Source: Mobula hypostoma
Taxonomy: Eukaryota
Direction: 5' to 3'
NCBI RefSeq assembly: GCF_963921235.1
Contig: NC_086108.1
Span: 4,898,001-4,962,000 of the forward strand
Length of the DNA: 64,000 nt
The position numbers were made by a program, and so were the translations under genes. The notes under the pieces were generated by a model, which saw only the letters and a list, made by a program, of their open reading frames with translations, had not been told where the DNA came from and ran no database searches. Of this stretch, positions 1 through 12,649 are shown one piece after another. How positions within the stretch are numbered: the stretch's first letter is position 1; each line of letters begins with the position of its first letter.

Positions 1-527
1 CTACCTATTAACTGCTCCCAATTGTGTGTGCCTCAAATAGCCTCTGATAACCAAGTACAGCTCCTGGCCTTCATGTCTGGCTTAGCTACTAAGCCCATTG
101 GAACCTTTTCTAATGACAGGAGAAGGGGCAAAGGTGAGTCACTGGCGCCTTAAAACCAGTTGCTTTGGGCAAATGGGGCTGTGGTTGGCAGCTCATCTAA
201 GAGAAGGAAAACTCTGATCTCAAACCTCCGCTGCCTTGCAGCTATACCCACTCATGGGGAAAGGCTTGGGAGTAAATCCAGAGGGAAAAATCCGGAGCTG
301 GAGTCCCTAAGGCATTCCGACACGGAGTTCAACACTGCCTGGCAACTGCTACGCCGCTGGTGCAAGACTGTATCAGTCTTTGTAGCTCCTTTGGGTTCAT
401 CAGCGGCGTGGAGAGGGGAAGCTTGCTGCATGGGCAACAACTTGCTCTCCATATCGTACTGCCCTGGCTTGTGTATCTGGACAGCTAGGACACAACGTCC
501 ATGGTCGACCCTGACTGACAAAGACCT
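1..527 (+). mobile_element. Non-autonomous interspersed repeat 'family A' (RTE-related 3' end), cut by the window start
   Basis: Similar by eye to copies at ~16305-17165, ~21820-22370 and ~56800-56960. Its 3' end (ggacagctaggacacaacgtccatggtcgacc) resembles the 3' end of the RTE LINE at ~53757-53810. Confidence 0.65.
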
Positions 528-529
528 CA

Positions 530-765
530 CTCAGCAACCCACGACAACCCCAATTTAACCCTTAGTCTAATCTCAGGACAATTTACAAATGACCGATTAA
601 CCTACCCGGTAAATCTTTGGGCTGCAGGAGGAAACTGGAGCACCCAAGGAAACCTTCATATTCCAAGGGACGGATGTACAGAGACACCTTACAGAGGATG
701 CTGGGATTGAACTCGGGCACTCTGAGCTGTAATGGCATCGTGCTGATCACTACGCTACTGTGGTT
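530..765 (-). mobile_element. tRNA-derived V-SINE (HE1-like)
   Basis: Reverse complement of the V-domain (ggaggaaactggagcacccaaggaaacc) and a tRNA-like head. Confidence 0.65.
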
Positions 766-1412
766 TCTGGTAATTTAACGACTGCGACTTCATGGAAAAT
801 TGTTAACCTTCAACCTCCATCAAATCTTAAATACCTATCTTGCATATTTCAGGCAAAGCAAAATTAAAACTGATTATGTCAAGTTTATTGTCATTTAACT
901 ATATACATGTATACCATCAAATGAGACAATGTTTCTCCGAACCAGGGTGTAAACCACTGAGGTACCCATAACATCCAATAACTATTTTAAATTTATATTT
1001 ACTGTAGTTGACAGTGTTTTTGCATATTACCATTGTACTGCTGCTGCAAAGTTAACAAAGTTCACAACACATGCAGGTGATATTAAACCTGATTCTGACT
1101 CTAATGTGGAGGGACTGGTAGAATCATTGGAATGTGGGAAGAAAAGATTACAGAGAATAGGAATGAGCAAATCTCAAAACCGAACTGATTCTACAACCAA
1201 TAGATTCACTTTCAACGAATCGACAACTTGTATTCTTAGTTTTAGTTGTTTATTATTTGCAGTTTGTTTCTTTTACACATTGGTCTGTCAGTCTTTGTGT
1301 GCAGTTTTTCATTGCTCTATTCTATTTCTTTGTTCTACTATGAATGCCTGCAAGAAAATGAATCTCTAGTATTATATGGTACCTTGATAATAAATTTACT
1401 TTGAATTTAATT

Positions 1413-1725
1413 AGGACACCTCAGTAATGTAGCAGTCAGCACAGCGTTATTACAGCTTGGGACATTCCAGATTTTGGAGTTTAATTTCACCACCGTCTGT
1501 GAGGAATTTCTACGTTCTCCCCAAGACCACGCGGGTTTCCTCCGGGTGCTCTGGTTTCCTCCCGCAGTCCAAAGACATACCGGTTAGTAGGTTAATTGGT
1601 CATTGTAAATTGTCCTATGATTAGGCTAGGGTTAAATCAGTGGGTTGCTGGACAGCGCTGCTCAGTGGGCCAGAAGGGGCTGTTCCATGCTCTACCTCGA
1701 AATAGACAGACAGATAAATAAATGT
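1413..1725 (+). mobile_element. tRNA-derived V-SINE (HE1-like)
   Basis: V-domain gggtttcctccgggtgctctggtttcctcccgcagtccaaagac and an A-rich tail. Further copies at ~16370, ~25590(-), ~34230(-), ~45160, ~53825 and ~60755. Confidence 0.75.
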
Positions 1726-2593
1726 TTAAAATATATATATTTAAACTTTGAATTGAATTGCTATGAACCAGCATAGACTCAACAGGCTAAATGGTATTGT
1801 TCCATTGTAAGGCACACACATATCAGAACCTGACACTCAAGGCAGCAATTCCCTTCCCTTGATAGCTTGTATGTATGCACACAACTTAACTTGCAGAGAT
1901 CAAGCCCCACTGTACTCTTCCTTAGGACATATCAAGTATTCAGAGACCATGGAAAGAATTTGCTGCCTCGATGGCTGAACAAATTAGAATAACAGGCAAC
2001 AGAAGCAAAGACAGGAACCGAGGATGAAATCAGGAGGCTCTCAAACAACCAGTGCCTAGCACATGGGAACCTAAGGACACGGAGTGCACAGGTGATGGTC
2101 AGTAATAGTACCATCACTCAAGTCGAGTGTGATGCCCTTGCTGGAGAATGCTTATGTGTGACCTTGTTTAACGGGAGGCTGATACATTGCAGCTACCAGA
2201 CAGTCCGAGTCATAGAAAACTACAGCTCAGAAACAGGTCTTAGCCCTTTTGGTCCATTCCAAATCACTTAAACTGCCTGGTCCCACACAGAATGCATTGC
2301 TTACATCAAATCAAATCAAATCAGCAAAGATTGTGCTGGGCAGCCCTCAGGTATCACCATACTTCTGGTGCCAACGTAGCTCGCCCCAGCTTAGCTGTAT
2401 TAATGAGCAGGTGTGTAGGCGTGCCCAATAAGTGACAATGGAGTGTATTTGCGTCATTTACTACATCAGGTAAAAGTGGCTGTCTGTTTTAATGTTGCTT
2501 TGCCAAACATTTTAGTTTTTATAAATTATCTTCCTTAACAGGGGAAGGGGGGCATTATGTTGATCTAGGAGAAGTCTAAGCCATTATTTAGCC

Positions 2594-2673
2594 CAGAGAT
2601 TCCCAACCCGGGGTCCACGGACCACTCGGTTAATAGCAGGGGTTCATGGTGTCAAAAAGGTTTGGAACCCCTG
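2594..2673. mobile_element. hAT (Charlie-like) MITE, ~80 bp
   Basis: CAG...CTG TIRs (cagagattcccaacc / ggtttggaacccctg). The 8-bp flanks atttagcc / atctagtc match at 6 of 8 positions. Confidence 0.7.
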
Positions 2674-2859
2674 ATCTAGTCCTACACGGGGGATCTCACT
2701 GTAACTATGGAATATTGAAAGGCCTAGATGGAGTCTATGTGGAGAGCAGAGGGCACAGACTCGGCATTGAAGCTCATCCCTTTAGAATAGAGATGAGGTA
2801 CTGAATCTGCGGAATTCATTGCCAGACAGCTGAGTCGATCTTGGCAAGCAATTAAAGTT

Positions 2860-3360
2860 CTTTGAGTTTCTCACATTATCACCCCTGAGGCTTGACATGG
2901 CTATTCTGTCAGAAATCTTCGAAGCAGATGGTCATAGTAGAACTGAGAGTTCCTTGGGAAGACCGGATTGAGGTGGTGTTCAAGCATAAGAAAGGCAAAC
3001 CCCAGGAGCTGGTACAGCAGTGCCAGAGACAGGGTGGAGGACACGGTACGAGCCCACAGAGATGGGGTGTGGAGGTTTCGTTGGCTGCTCGCTCTGCAGA
3101 ACCTACTCTCTCCTTGGCACTACAGGGGGCTGCAAAGAACGAGCCATCAGGATCGTCAGAGAGGCTGCTGAGTGAGCCTCCAGATGGCTATTGATCACGT
3201 GGACCAATGCTGCTGGGACGCAAGCCTCACCAACCCTGGCTGGGTCGCCTGGGCGAGCGTGTCTGATGTTGAAAGACTCGAAACCCCCGATGACCCCAGG
3301 TTACATCAGTGATGATGTGTCCAGCGCACCCAAGGATGTGTCTCCGCATCAGTGTATTCA
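2860..3360 (+). mobile_element. 3' fragment of an RLE-type non-LTR retrotransposon (HERO/NeSL-like)
   Basis: Translates to IVELRVPWEDRIE...ELVQQCQRQG and, after a frameshift, an EMGCGGF motif, matching the ELTVPWE...EVGCRGF restriction-like endonuclease C-terminus. Second copy at 24995-25435. Confidence 0.7.
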
Positions 3361-4269
3361 AAGTGGAGGTTGATAGGTTTTTGATTAGACAGGGTGTCAA
3401 AGGTTATGGGGAGAAGGCAGACAAATGGTGATGAGAGGGATAATAAGTTAGCAATGATGCAATGGCGTTGCAGACACTACGGGCCGTGCCTAATTTAGCT
3501 CCTATATTTTCAAAGGTCAGAGTAAATTTATTATCAAGATACATATATGTCACCACATACAATCCCTAGATTCATTTTCTTGGGGGTTTGAATATTGTCA
3601 CTCCTTTCCGTGCCTTGTGGCACATTGGGCAGCATTTTTTCCATTTCTGTAGCATTTGACTGTTTTTTTTATAAGGCCAGGGTGCTAGCTTGATGCTCAA
3701 CCCAGCACAGATGGAAAGCGTGTAAGGTGCCGTTTGGATTCGAACCCAAGACCACTCGCCTCAAATCCTGGTGCTGATGCAAATAAATTCATATGGGTTG
3801 TATTATGGTCTTATACAAACTGTTGTCACCATCATTTGATGAAGATGACTGGGATTAAAACTTCCAATCATCTTCAAATAGCATCCTGTAGATGTTATCA
3901 TCTGCACAACAGGAAGAGGTTCATAAACAGTTAAAACAGGAAAATCAGGCAGGGACATGAAACACAAGCAACTCTGGGATAGGGAGGGGGACTGTGCAGA
4001 GAATTTGCAAATTGTTTTTCAAAAAGTCTGTTGGCAAAATTATCTCAAATGTGAAGGGAGGCAGAGTTTCCATAAGATGAAGGCTAATAAGCAAATTCAG
4101 AGCAGATAATATCAAACGCAAAGTGACACACCTTATAGTTTGGTAAAGCTCTTCCAAATGGCAAGGCAGGTCTAACAGAACCAAAGAAAACAACAGGACA
4201 CAAACCATTTTATAGCAAGGAAAAATTATATCATCCGGACGCAATGAGGCTGACTGACAGAAAGGAACC

Positions 4270-4905
4270 TTTCCGGTTTAAGATGGTGCTGGTGAAGTAC
4301 AGCGACGACTTGCTGGCAGCAAACACAACTACTAACTACTTTATTACTTGCACAGTTTCTCAAAAGCGATCGCTGCAATCAACAGCTTGTCACTTCCCTT
4401 TTGGAGATGAACTTTTGAACCACCTGTACGACCCTGCCACTTTTGTGGCGAGAAATGAAGGCTCAAAGTGCAGGAGGGCTGTGGTGTGGTGTGTAGTGTA
4501 CAGGCCAAATCAAGTTGCAGAGCCCGGGCCCGAGAGCGAGGAGCAAGCCAGGCTGAATTGGAAAGATCAGGTACGGGCTGAATCGAGGTAGTGGGTTCTG
4601 GGCCTGAGAGCATATCAAAGTGGCAGAGTCAGAGTCTGAGAACGAGGAACAACTCGAGTTAGGCCGATTTAAGCACCGGGCCAGGTGGAAAGGTCAGGGT
4701 GTCAGGGCTGCTCATCTCTGAGCTGAACTGATGCCCAGGCCTGTAACAAACCAGCTCCTGAATTGGCTGCAGTGATGACTGGCTCATGGCCGTGGAATCA
4801 CTTTTGTGAATGTTATTTGCTTACTGGCTGCCTGTAAGAAGACGAATCTCAAGGTTGTATATAGTACACATACTTGGATTATAAATGTACTTTGAACTTT
4901 GAAAT
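4270..4905 (+). repeat. Non-coding LINE-derived repeat with a 5' aagatgg motif and a (tttgaac)n tail
   Basis: The tail gaatctcaaggttgtat...aaatgtactttgaactttgaa recurs many times (e.g. ~1350, ~7160, ~14590, ~35060). A similar architecture occurs at 31898-32805. Confidence 0.45.
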
Positions 4906-6362
4906 CTCTTCAGTTTACAGAAATAATTTATCTTCTGATGGCAATTTTCATTTCCCACTGAAACAAATAACTTCTCTTAGAAGTAGTAACTTCCCATGAG
5001 TCCATCATCAAGGTCCCTCACCATCCAGGCCATGCACTCTACTCGCTGCTGCCATCAGGACGGAGGAACAGGGGTCTTAAGTGCCATGACACCAGGTTCA
5101 GGAACAGTTATTACCCCTCAGCCATCAGGCTCCTGAACCAAAGGGGGTAACTTCACTCACCCCCAGCGCTGAACTGTTCCCAAAAAATATGGACTCACTT
5201 TCAAGGACTTTTCTTCCCATGTCCTCAATATTTATTGCTTATTAATTTATTATTATCATAATCTAAAAAAAGATGTGCTGGCATTGAAAAGGTTCCAGAG
5301 GAGGTTCACGAGAATGAATCCGAGAATGAAAAGATTAACATACGAGGTGCGTTTCATAGCTCTGGGCCAGTACTCGCTGGAGTTTATAAGAATGATGGGG
5401 AGGATCTCATTGAAACCTATTGAATATTGAAAGGTCTAGATGGAATGGATGCAGAGAGGATGTTTCCTATAGTGGATGGGTCTAGGACCAGAGGGACATC
5501 CATTTGGAACAGAGTTGAGGAGGAATTTCTTATCTATGGAATTCATTTGCACAGAAGTCATTGGGTGATAGGTTCTTGATTAGTCAGGACATCAATGGCT
5601 ACAGGGAGAAGGCAGGAGAATGGGATTGAGAGGGAAAATAAATCAATCATGATGCTCTAGCAATGATCCTTGCATCATCAATGGGGACGGGAGAGGTTCC
5701 GGAGGATTGGAGGGTTGCATATGTTGTTCTCTTATTCAAGGAAGGGAGTGGAGATAGCACTGGAAATTATAGGCCAGTGAGTCTTACTTCAGTAGTTAGT
5801 AAGTTGATGGAGAAGATCCTGAGAGGCGGGATTTATGAACATTTGGTGAGGCATAATATGATTAGGGATAGTCAGCATGGCTTTGTCAATGGCAGGTCGT
5901 GCCTTACGAGCCTGATTGAATTTTTTGAGGATGTGACTAAACACGTTGATGAAGGTAGAGCAGCAGACGTAGTGTATATGGATTTCAGCAAGGCATTTGA
6001 TAAGGTACCCCATGCAAGGTTTATTGAGAAAGTAAGGAGGGATGGAATCCAAAGGGACATTGCTTTGTGAATCCAGAATTGGCTTGCCCATAGAGGCAAA
6101 GAGTGGTTGTAGACAGGTCATATTCTAAATGGAGGTCGGTGATCTTCAGGGATCTGTTCTGGGACCCCTACTGTTTGTGATTTTTATAAATGACCTGGAT
6201 GAGGAAGTGGAGGGATGAGTTAGTAAGTTTGCTGATGACACAAAGGTTGGGGGTGTTGTGGATAGTGTGGAGGGTTGTCAGAGGTTACAGTGGGACATCG
6301 ATATGATGCAAAACTGGACTGAGAACTGGCAAATGGATTTCAACCCAGATAAGTGTGAGGTG

Positions 6363-6591
6363 CAAACAACAGGAATTCTGCAGATGCTAGAAATTCAAGC
6401 AACATACATCAAAGTTGCTGGTGAACGCAGCAGGCCAAGCAGCATCTATAGGAAGAGGCGCAGTCGACGTTTCAGGCCGAGACCCTTCGTCAGGACTTCC
6501 TGACGAAGGGTCTCGGCCTGAAACGTCGACTGCACCTCTTCCTATAGATGCTGCTTGGCCTGCTGCGTTCACCAGCAACTTTGATGTATGT
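6363..6591. mobile_element. Penelope-like inverted pLTR insertion with hammerhead motifs on both strands
   Basis: 13-bp TSD taagtgtgaggtg (6350-6362, 6592-6604). The 95-bp inverted arms 6401-6495 and 6498-6592 each contain CTGACGA...GAAACGTC. Confidence 0.85.
6461..6497 (-). ncRNA. Minimal type I hammerhead ribozyme motif (Penelope-associated)
   Basis: The minus strand reads agtc-CTGACGA-agggtctcggcct-GAAA-cGTC-gact: stem I agtc/gact, a stem II hairpin and a palindromic minimal stem III. Confidence 0.7.
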
Positions 6592-7454
6592 TAAGTGTGA
6601 GGTGGTTCATTTTGGTAGGTCAAATATGATGGCAGAATATAGTACTAATGGTGAGACACTTGGCAGTGTAGAGAACTCGGCCTTTTCTCCTTGGAGAGAC
6701 GGAGGATGAGATGTAACCTGATAGAGGTGTATAAGATGATGAGAGGCATTGATTGTGAGAATAGTTTTTTTTCCAGGGCTGAAATGGCTAACACAAGAGG
6801 GCACAGTTTTAAGGTGCTTGGAAGTAAGTACAGAGGAGATGTCAGGGGTAAGTTTTTTTTTTACGCAGAGAGTGGTGAGGCTGCCAGCAACTGTGGTGGA
6901 GGCGGATATAATAGGGTCTTTTAAGAGACTCGTGGATAGGTACATGGAGCTTAGAAAAATAGAGGGCTGTGGGTAACACTAGGTAATTTCTAAAGTCAGT
7001 ACATGTTCGGCACAGCATTGTGGGCTGAAGGGCCTGTATTGTGCTGTAGGTTTTCTATGTTTCTAAATGGCAGAGCAGACTTAATGGGCCGAATGGCCTA
7101 ATCTGCTATGTTTTATGGCCTTTTTTTGTTGCATTCTTGAATTTACCGCTGAGAATGCCTGCAAGAAAATGAATCTCAGGGTTGTTTATGGTGATTTTCA
7201 TGTATTTTGATAACATTTACTTTGAACTTCCAACTTACTGCAAGGACCAATGCAATAAAAACGGCAATTGTCCTTAATGAAGGACTATCAAAAGGCAATC
7301 TTGATATTGGAGATACTATTTATCAACTGGAAATACAGAACAGAGAGAACTGGCCTAATTAGATGGACTTCTGCATTCAATGGATCAGTGGAACATCAAT
7401 CTGTAGTGGAGCATATTACAATTAATTCATGCAATGTCTGTAGAGTTAACTAAA

Positions 7455-7830
7455 GTAACACACACAAAATGCTGGGGAACTCAACAGGTCAGACAGCATC
7501 AATGGAGGGGATTAAAAAGTCGATCTTTCAGGCCAAGACCTTTCATCAGGACTGGGAAAGAAGCCAGAATAAGATGGTTGGGGAAGGGAGGGGGTGGGAC
7601 TTAGGTAAAAGGCTGGGTGATGATAGGTAGAAGTGGTAAAAGGCTGAAGAAGAAGGAATCTGATAGGAGAGGAGAGTGGACCATGAGAGGAAGGGAAGGA
7701 AAGGGGGAACCAGAGAGAGGAGATGGACAGGTGAGGAGAGGAGCATGGATAAGATGGAGGCATAGTGAGCAATAGAAAAAGAGAGAAGGAAAAGGGGAGA
7801 GAAATTGAGGAAGGTTTATGGAATTTACCA
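7455..7830 (-). mobile_element. Penelope-like element 3' fragment/pLTR
   Basis: acacacaaaatgctgg..aactca..aggtca motif, a degenerate hammerhead at ~7518-7554 and a purine-rich tract. Same family as 23440-24065, 35355-35755 and 59620-60210. Confidence 0.7.
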
Positions 7831-8522
7831 TAGTCAGTTTGTGAAGAGGAACTGAATAGCAATCACATTACACATATTATTGTAATGTTGAAGCAGGTTC
7901 ACGGGTTTTGTGAGTGAGTCAGAAATCACTAACTGCGAATAAGCATATTAATTGTTTATTTACACAGTTAAGTTCCCCCAAGTTACACAAACTACAGAAG
8001 TAAATATTCAACAGGTATGTAGTTGAAAGTGCACGTGGAGCACACCTTCCCAAGGGCTCTGTGCAACATGCCTTTGACAAAGGAGAGATAGTGAACCTTT
8101 CACACAGTCTATACTTTATATCCTCAAGGTGCTTGAAACGGGACTCTAGGTGCTATGACGCACAGGCCAAGCAATGGGAAGAGCAGCTGCAGTTTTCAAA
8201 TGCACCAATCACAATCGACACAGTGGAAGTGGCTTCTCGCTGGCAAATAAGCCATTACCCCACACAACAATTACTGTATTGTTTTTAGTGTGACTGTATG
8301 CTTACTGCTATCTTGTATGTGCTATGTGCGCTTTGTGCTGTGTGGGAGTGTTGGGGATGTGTTTTGCACCTTGGCCCAGAAGTAACACTGTTTTGTTTGT
8401 CTGTATTCATGGGTATTCATGCACGTTTGAATGATAATTAAAATTGAACTTTGCAGTCCATTTCCCATCAAACACTGAACAGGCAAAGTTCAAAAGAAGT
8501 CTTGTCCAAACCTCATTATCAC

Positions 8523-9160
8523 ATCAGAATCAGGTTTAATATCACCAGCCCATGTTGTAAAATTCGTTGACTTTGCAGCAGCAGTACAATGTAATAATAG
8601 GAAAAAAACTGTGAATTACAATATTTTAAAATAGTTAAATTAAATATATAGTGCAAAAATAGAAACAAAAAAGTAGTGAGGTAGTGTTCATGGGTTCAAT
8701 GTCCATTCAGAAATTGGATGGCAGAGGGGAAGAAGCTGTTCCTGAATCACTGAGTTTGTGTCTTCAGGCTCCTGTACCTCCTTCCTGATGGAAGCAATGA
8801 GAAGAGGGCATGTCCTGGGTGATGGGGTAGTAATGATGGATGCCGTCTTTTTGATGCATCACTCCATGAAGATGCTGGATACTATGGAGGCTAGTGCCCA
8901 TGATGGAGCTGACTAATTTTAAAACTCCTCTCTGCAGCTTACTTCGATCCTGTGCAGTAGCCAGTATCCCCCACCCCCCATACCAGACAGTGATGCAGCC
9001 AGTTAGAATGCTCTCTACGGTATATCTGTAGAAATTTGCAAGTGGCTTTGGTGACATATCAAATCTCTTCAAGCTCTCAATGAAATATAACCACTGTTGT
9101 GCCTCCTTTGTAGCTGCATCGATATGTTGAGTCCAGGTTAGATCTTCAGAGTTACTAAAC
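8523..9160 (-). mobile_element. Rex1/Babar-like LINE 3' fragment
   Basis: ORF 8764-9162 LYFIESLKRFDMSPKPLANFYRYTVESILTGCITVWYG (DUF1891-type C-terminus) and a (tctgat)n tail. Confidence 0.75.
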
Positions 9161-9963
9161 ATGTTACCGAACGGGTCCCTTCCTCTTCACAACTTTTTCT
9201 CAGCATAAACCTAAGTTACTAAAGGGGTATCTGTGCCATTACACTTTTAACACCTGTAAGAAATTATTTCAGCCTGTGAAACCATACAGACATACGACTG
9301 GTGGCATCTGCTTTTCAGACACTTATCCAGATTTTTAACTCAGTCACTCACGTACAGCCAGGAAATTTTCCAGCTCAGAACATGTGACAAAGAAACCCTG
9401 GACATCTTCTCAAATTTGTTTTGACAAGAAATCATCTTGCATTTAGCTTACCTACTTGATTGAATCTTGCAGGTCAACGACTCATCAGCAGGCTTATAAA
9501 AGTTTTGGTCATGAGAATCACAGCAAACCACAGAACCTGGAAAGAGGGGGAAACAATCAACGTCAGTGATAGTCTGATAATTAAAAAGAATTCAAAATAC
9601 TGTTTCAGAACCCACCCAAAGTTCTTGAATATCAGACACATTTGGAAGATGCCTTAAAATATAACAACAACACAATTTGTTTGCAACTTTCTGGAGCTCA
9701 TTTCAATCCTGTGCAGCGTTTCCACCAATCCCCCATTTCCGGCGGTGATTTCACTGTATGTTTCAATGTACATGGGATAAATAACCTGAATCCAAATTCT
9801 GGCTTACTCTCAACACACACACACACTCAACAATTTAAAAACAGCTTCTTCCCCTTTGCCAACCGACTTCTGAATGGACATTGAACTCACGAGCACTACT
9901 TCACTATTTTTTCCCTCTTTATTTAGCCAACTCGTTTAATTTAACTTCTTTTTCCATAGAGTA

Positions 9964-10020
9964 CTGTGCAAAGGTCTTAGGCACATTTACATAGCTAGGG
10001 TGCCTAAGACTTTTGCACAG
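9964..10020. mobile_element. Tc1/mariner-type MITE, 57 bp
   Basis: TA on both sides, TIRs ctgtgcaaaggtcttaggcac / gtgcctaagacttttgcacag. Another right end at ~24940-24960. Confidence 0.75.
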
Positions 10021-10286
10021 TACTATACTTGTCAATGTAGAGCAGAGAGCAAGTTGTAAATCTGGCGGGAGCAAAGGATGTTGGGAATGGCAGGGGTGGA
10101 ATGCTGCGGGAGGGATGTGGGACAGGTGACAGAGAAGGAGTGGTGGGGGAAGGAGGGAGTGGGTGCAGACACACCCAACCCTGAGTTCAGCGCAGAGCCA
10201 AGTAAACATAGCAGTGTCCAGAGCAGGGCACAAGCCTCAGCTGAGTGCAGAGCTAAGGGCCCAGAGCAGCCGCAGCCTTAGCCTCA

Positions 10287-11154
10287 GGCTACGTCCACAC
10301 TAGACCGGATAATTTTGAAAACACTGCTTTCGCGTAAAAACGACAAGCGTCCACACTAGGCGTTTTTAAAAATACCCCTGTCTACATTAAAACAGATATT
10401 TGGGCGAATCTCCCCCTACTGGGCATGCGTAGGACACACAGAAAACAAGCGAAGAGGAAGCGATATACTTGGTGTGCGTTTGTCCAGTTACAGACTAGAA
10501 AAACTTAAAAGGAAATTGCCAAACGAAAGACTTGGTGCACGTTTGTCCAGAAACATTTCCTACAGCCATAGTCTCTTCACCGATGAAAGGGACAACACCT
10601 ACAACTAAATGCAATACGGCTTGTTACTGGGCAAAAGTGAAATTTGCTGTTACCTCATTTGTTTGCCTTTACTTTTGCCATGTCTTTGTGTATTACTTTG
10701 CAGCATTTAACATGTGCAATAAAATGAGTTACTGAGCAAAAGTGACAATTGTATCTATTGAATGTTTGCACAAGCAATACATTAATAAAGCACCTTGTTA
10801 AATATATAACACATGTCTGCATCAGTGTTATCTTGTATTTCCATACAATGTTACATTAGGCTGTTACACATCTATTGTCAGATATTGTTGTGGTGTTGGA
10901 GGTTGCGTTTAAGAAAACAATGAAATGCTGTGCTGCCGCCTCCGGCACGTCATGACGGCGGTTTTAAAAATAGCCGGTTGGCCCGTACACACTACGCCGG
11001 ATATTAGGCGTTTTCAGATTTATTCACTCTGGAGAGCGTTTCTGAAAATCTCCGTTTTCGGGGGAGGAAAATGCCAATTCAGTGTGGACGGAGGGTCAAA
11101 ACGAAGAGAAAAAGCTTCGGTTAGGGATTCATCCGGTCTAGTATGGACGGAGCC
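10287..11154. mobile_element. Non-autonomous PIF/Harbinger DNA transposon, 868 bp
   Basis: 24-bp TIRs ggctacgtccacactagaccggat / atccggtctagtatggacggagcc (2 mismatches), 3-bp TSD TCA (10284-10286, 11155-11157) and no transposase ORF. Confidence 0.85.
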
Positions 11155-11419
11155 TCAGTTCAGTGCACAGAACAGGCCATGGCCCCAGCCCCAGCCTCAG
11201 TTCAGGGCACAGCCAAGTAAACATCACAAAGCCCACAGATATGAAGCCCGGAGCAGCCGACCAGGCCACAGCTTCAGCCTCAGTTCAGTGCAGAGCCCAG
11301 TTAAGCAGGACAGGGCAGTGAGCGGAACTGGCCCCACCTTCGCCTCTGGGGATAGTGGCCTTTTCAGCATGATAGCTTTGTGAAATTTAGAATGTACACA
11401 AATACAAACAGGAATTTTA

Positions 11420-11612
11420 CAGTGCAACACACACAAAATGCTGGAAGAACTCAGCAGGTAGGTAGCAATCCTGAGTAGTCCTGAAGAAGGGTTTTGATCT
11501 GAAATATCAATTGTTTACTCTTTTCCATGGACGCTGCCTGGCCTGCTGAGTTCCTCCAGCATTTTGTGTGTGTTGCTTGGATTTCCAGCATCTGCAGATT
11601 TTCTCGTGTTTG
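11420..11612. mobile_element. Penelope-like inverted pLTR fragment
   Basis: Inverted arms acacacaaaatgctggaagaactcagcagg / cctgctgagttcctccagcattttgtgtgt and a degenerate ctgaaga...gaaa motif. Confidence 0.7.
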
Positions 11613-11677
11613 TGATTTTGTACTTCAGTATGGGCTAATAACAGAGCTGAGGAAACATTGTTTTAAAATCAACGTCA

Positions 11678-12245
11678 ATTTTTTTAACAAAATATATTTT
11701 ATTCACAATAAAATTATTTCCAATAAACTATTCAATAACTCTGAATACTAACAGACATTACCATTACATTCTATATGTTCTCAGCCTTTCATGTGGCACT
11801 CAGCTGGTTTATATTGTACAACCATTGTTGAGGGGTATACTCCCCGTCACCCAACCCCTCCCACTCCCACAGGAGAAGAACCCTAAACCGTGGTCCTTCC
11901 TCACCGGGCCCTTGCAGTGGCTGCACCGAATTTCAGTGTGTCCCTCAGCACGTACTCCTGAAGACGAGAATGTGCCAGTCGGCAGCATTCTCCCACGGAC
12001 ATCTCTACGTGCTGGTAGACCATCAAGTTTCGGGCCGCCCAAAGAGCGTCTTTCACTGAGTTGATGATCTGCCAGCAGCACCGGATGTTTGTCTCCGTGT
12101 GTGTCCCCAGGAACAGCGTGTAGATCACAGAGTCCTCCGTTATGCAGCTGCTGGGGATGAAGCGTGACACTTTCATCCTCCTCCACGCCTTGTCTGTGAA
12201 CCCACAGTGTGCAAAGAGCTGGGTTACTGACTCCACCCCACTGCA
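11678..12245 (-). mobile_element. L1/Tx1-clade LINE 3' fragment
   Basis: ORF 11901-12236 (ESVTQLFAHCGF...CWQIINSVKDALWAARN) resembles a Tx1 ORF2 C-terminus. AATAAA and an A-tail lie on the minus strand near 11678-11705. Confidence 0.7.
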
Positions 12246-12649
12246 GTCCTCCTGTGGGCAGTGGGATGTGGAGACAATGTTCCCGGCATACAGGAGGGAT
12301 CTGACTGGGAGGGCCCCTCAATTACTGCAGCTCGCTGGCTCACAATCTGTTGTGGTCACTGCAGGACACCTTGTGCTACTAAGCTAATGAAGCATTAATT
12401 TGCCTTTCCTCATTAACAGTTTCAAGAGCCCTTTCCCCTGTTGTTAAAATGTCACACAACTAACTGCAGTATCTGGTTTAAATTCAAATATTTCTTGACT
12501 TCTCATTTCAGTTAAAACAAACATTTCAGACCATCTGGAAAGATCCTGAAGTGCCTTTTATTAAGGGCTACAAGAATTCAGTAGCTGGTAGCAATAACGA
12601 AGGCAGCAATGCGAACTGCCGAGCGACATTGATCTTACGGAACACGCTC

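Larger units (their letters stand above)
5270..7120 (+). mobile_element. Nested CR1 LINE fragments: an older 3' end (5270-5654, resuming ~7066-7120) split by a 5'-truncated CR1 RT fragment (5655-7065)
   Basis: ORF 5663-6070 (NYRPVSLTSVVSKLMEK, QHGF, DFSKAFDKVPH), a FADD motif near 6230 and a ttctatgtttct tail at ~7052-7064. Confidence 0.85.
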
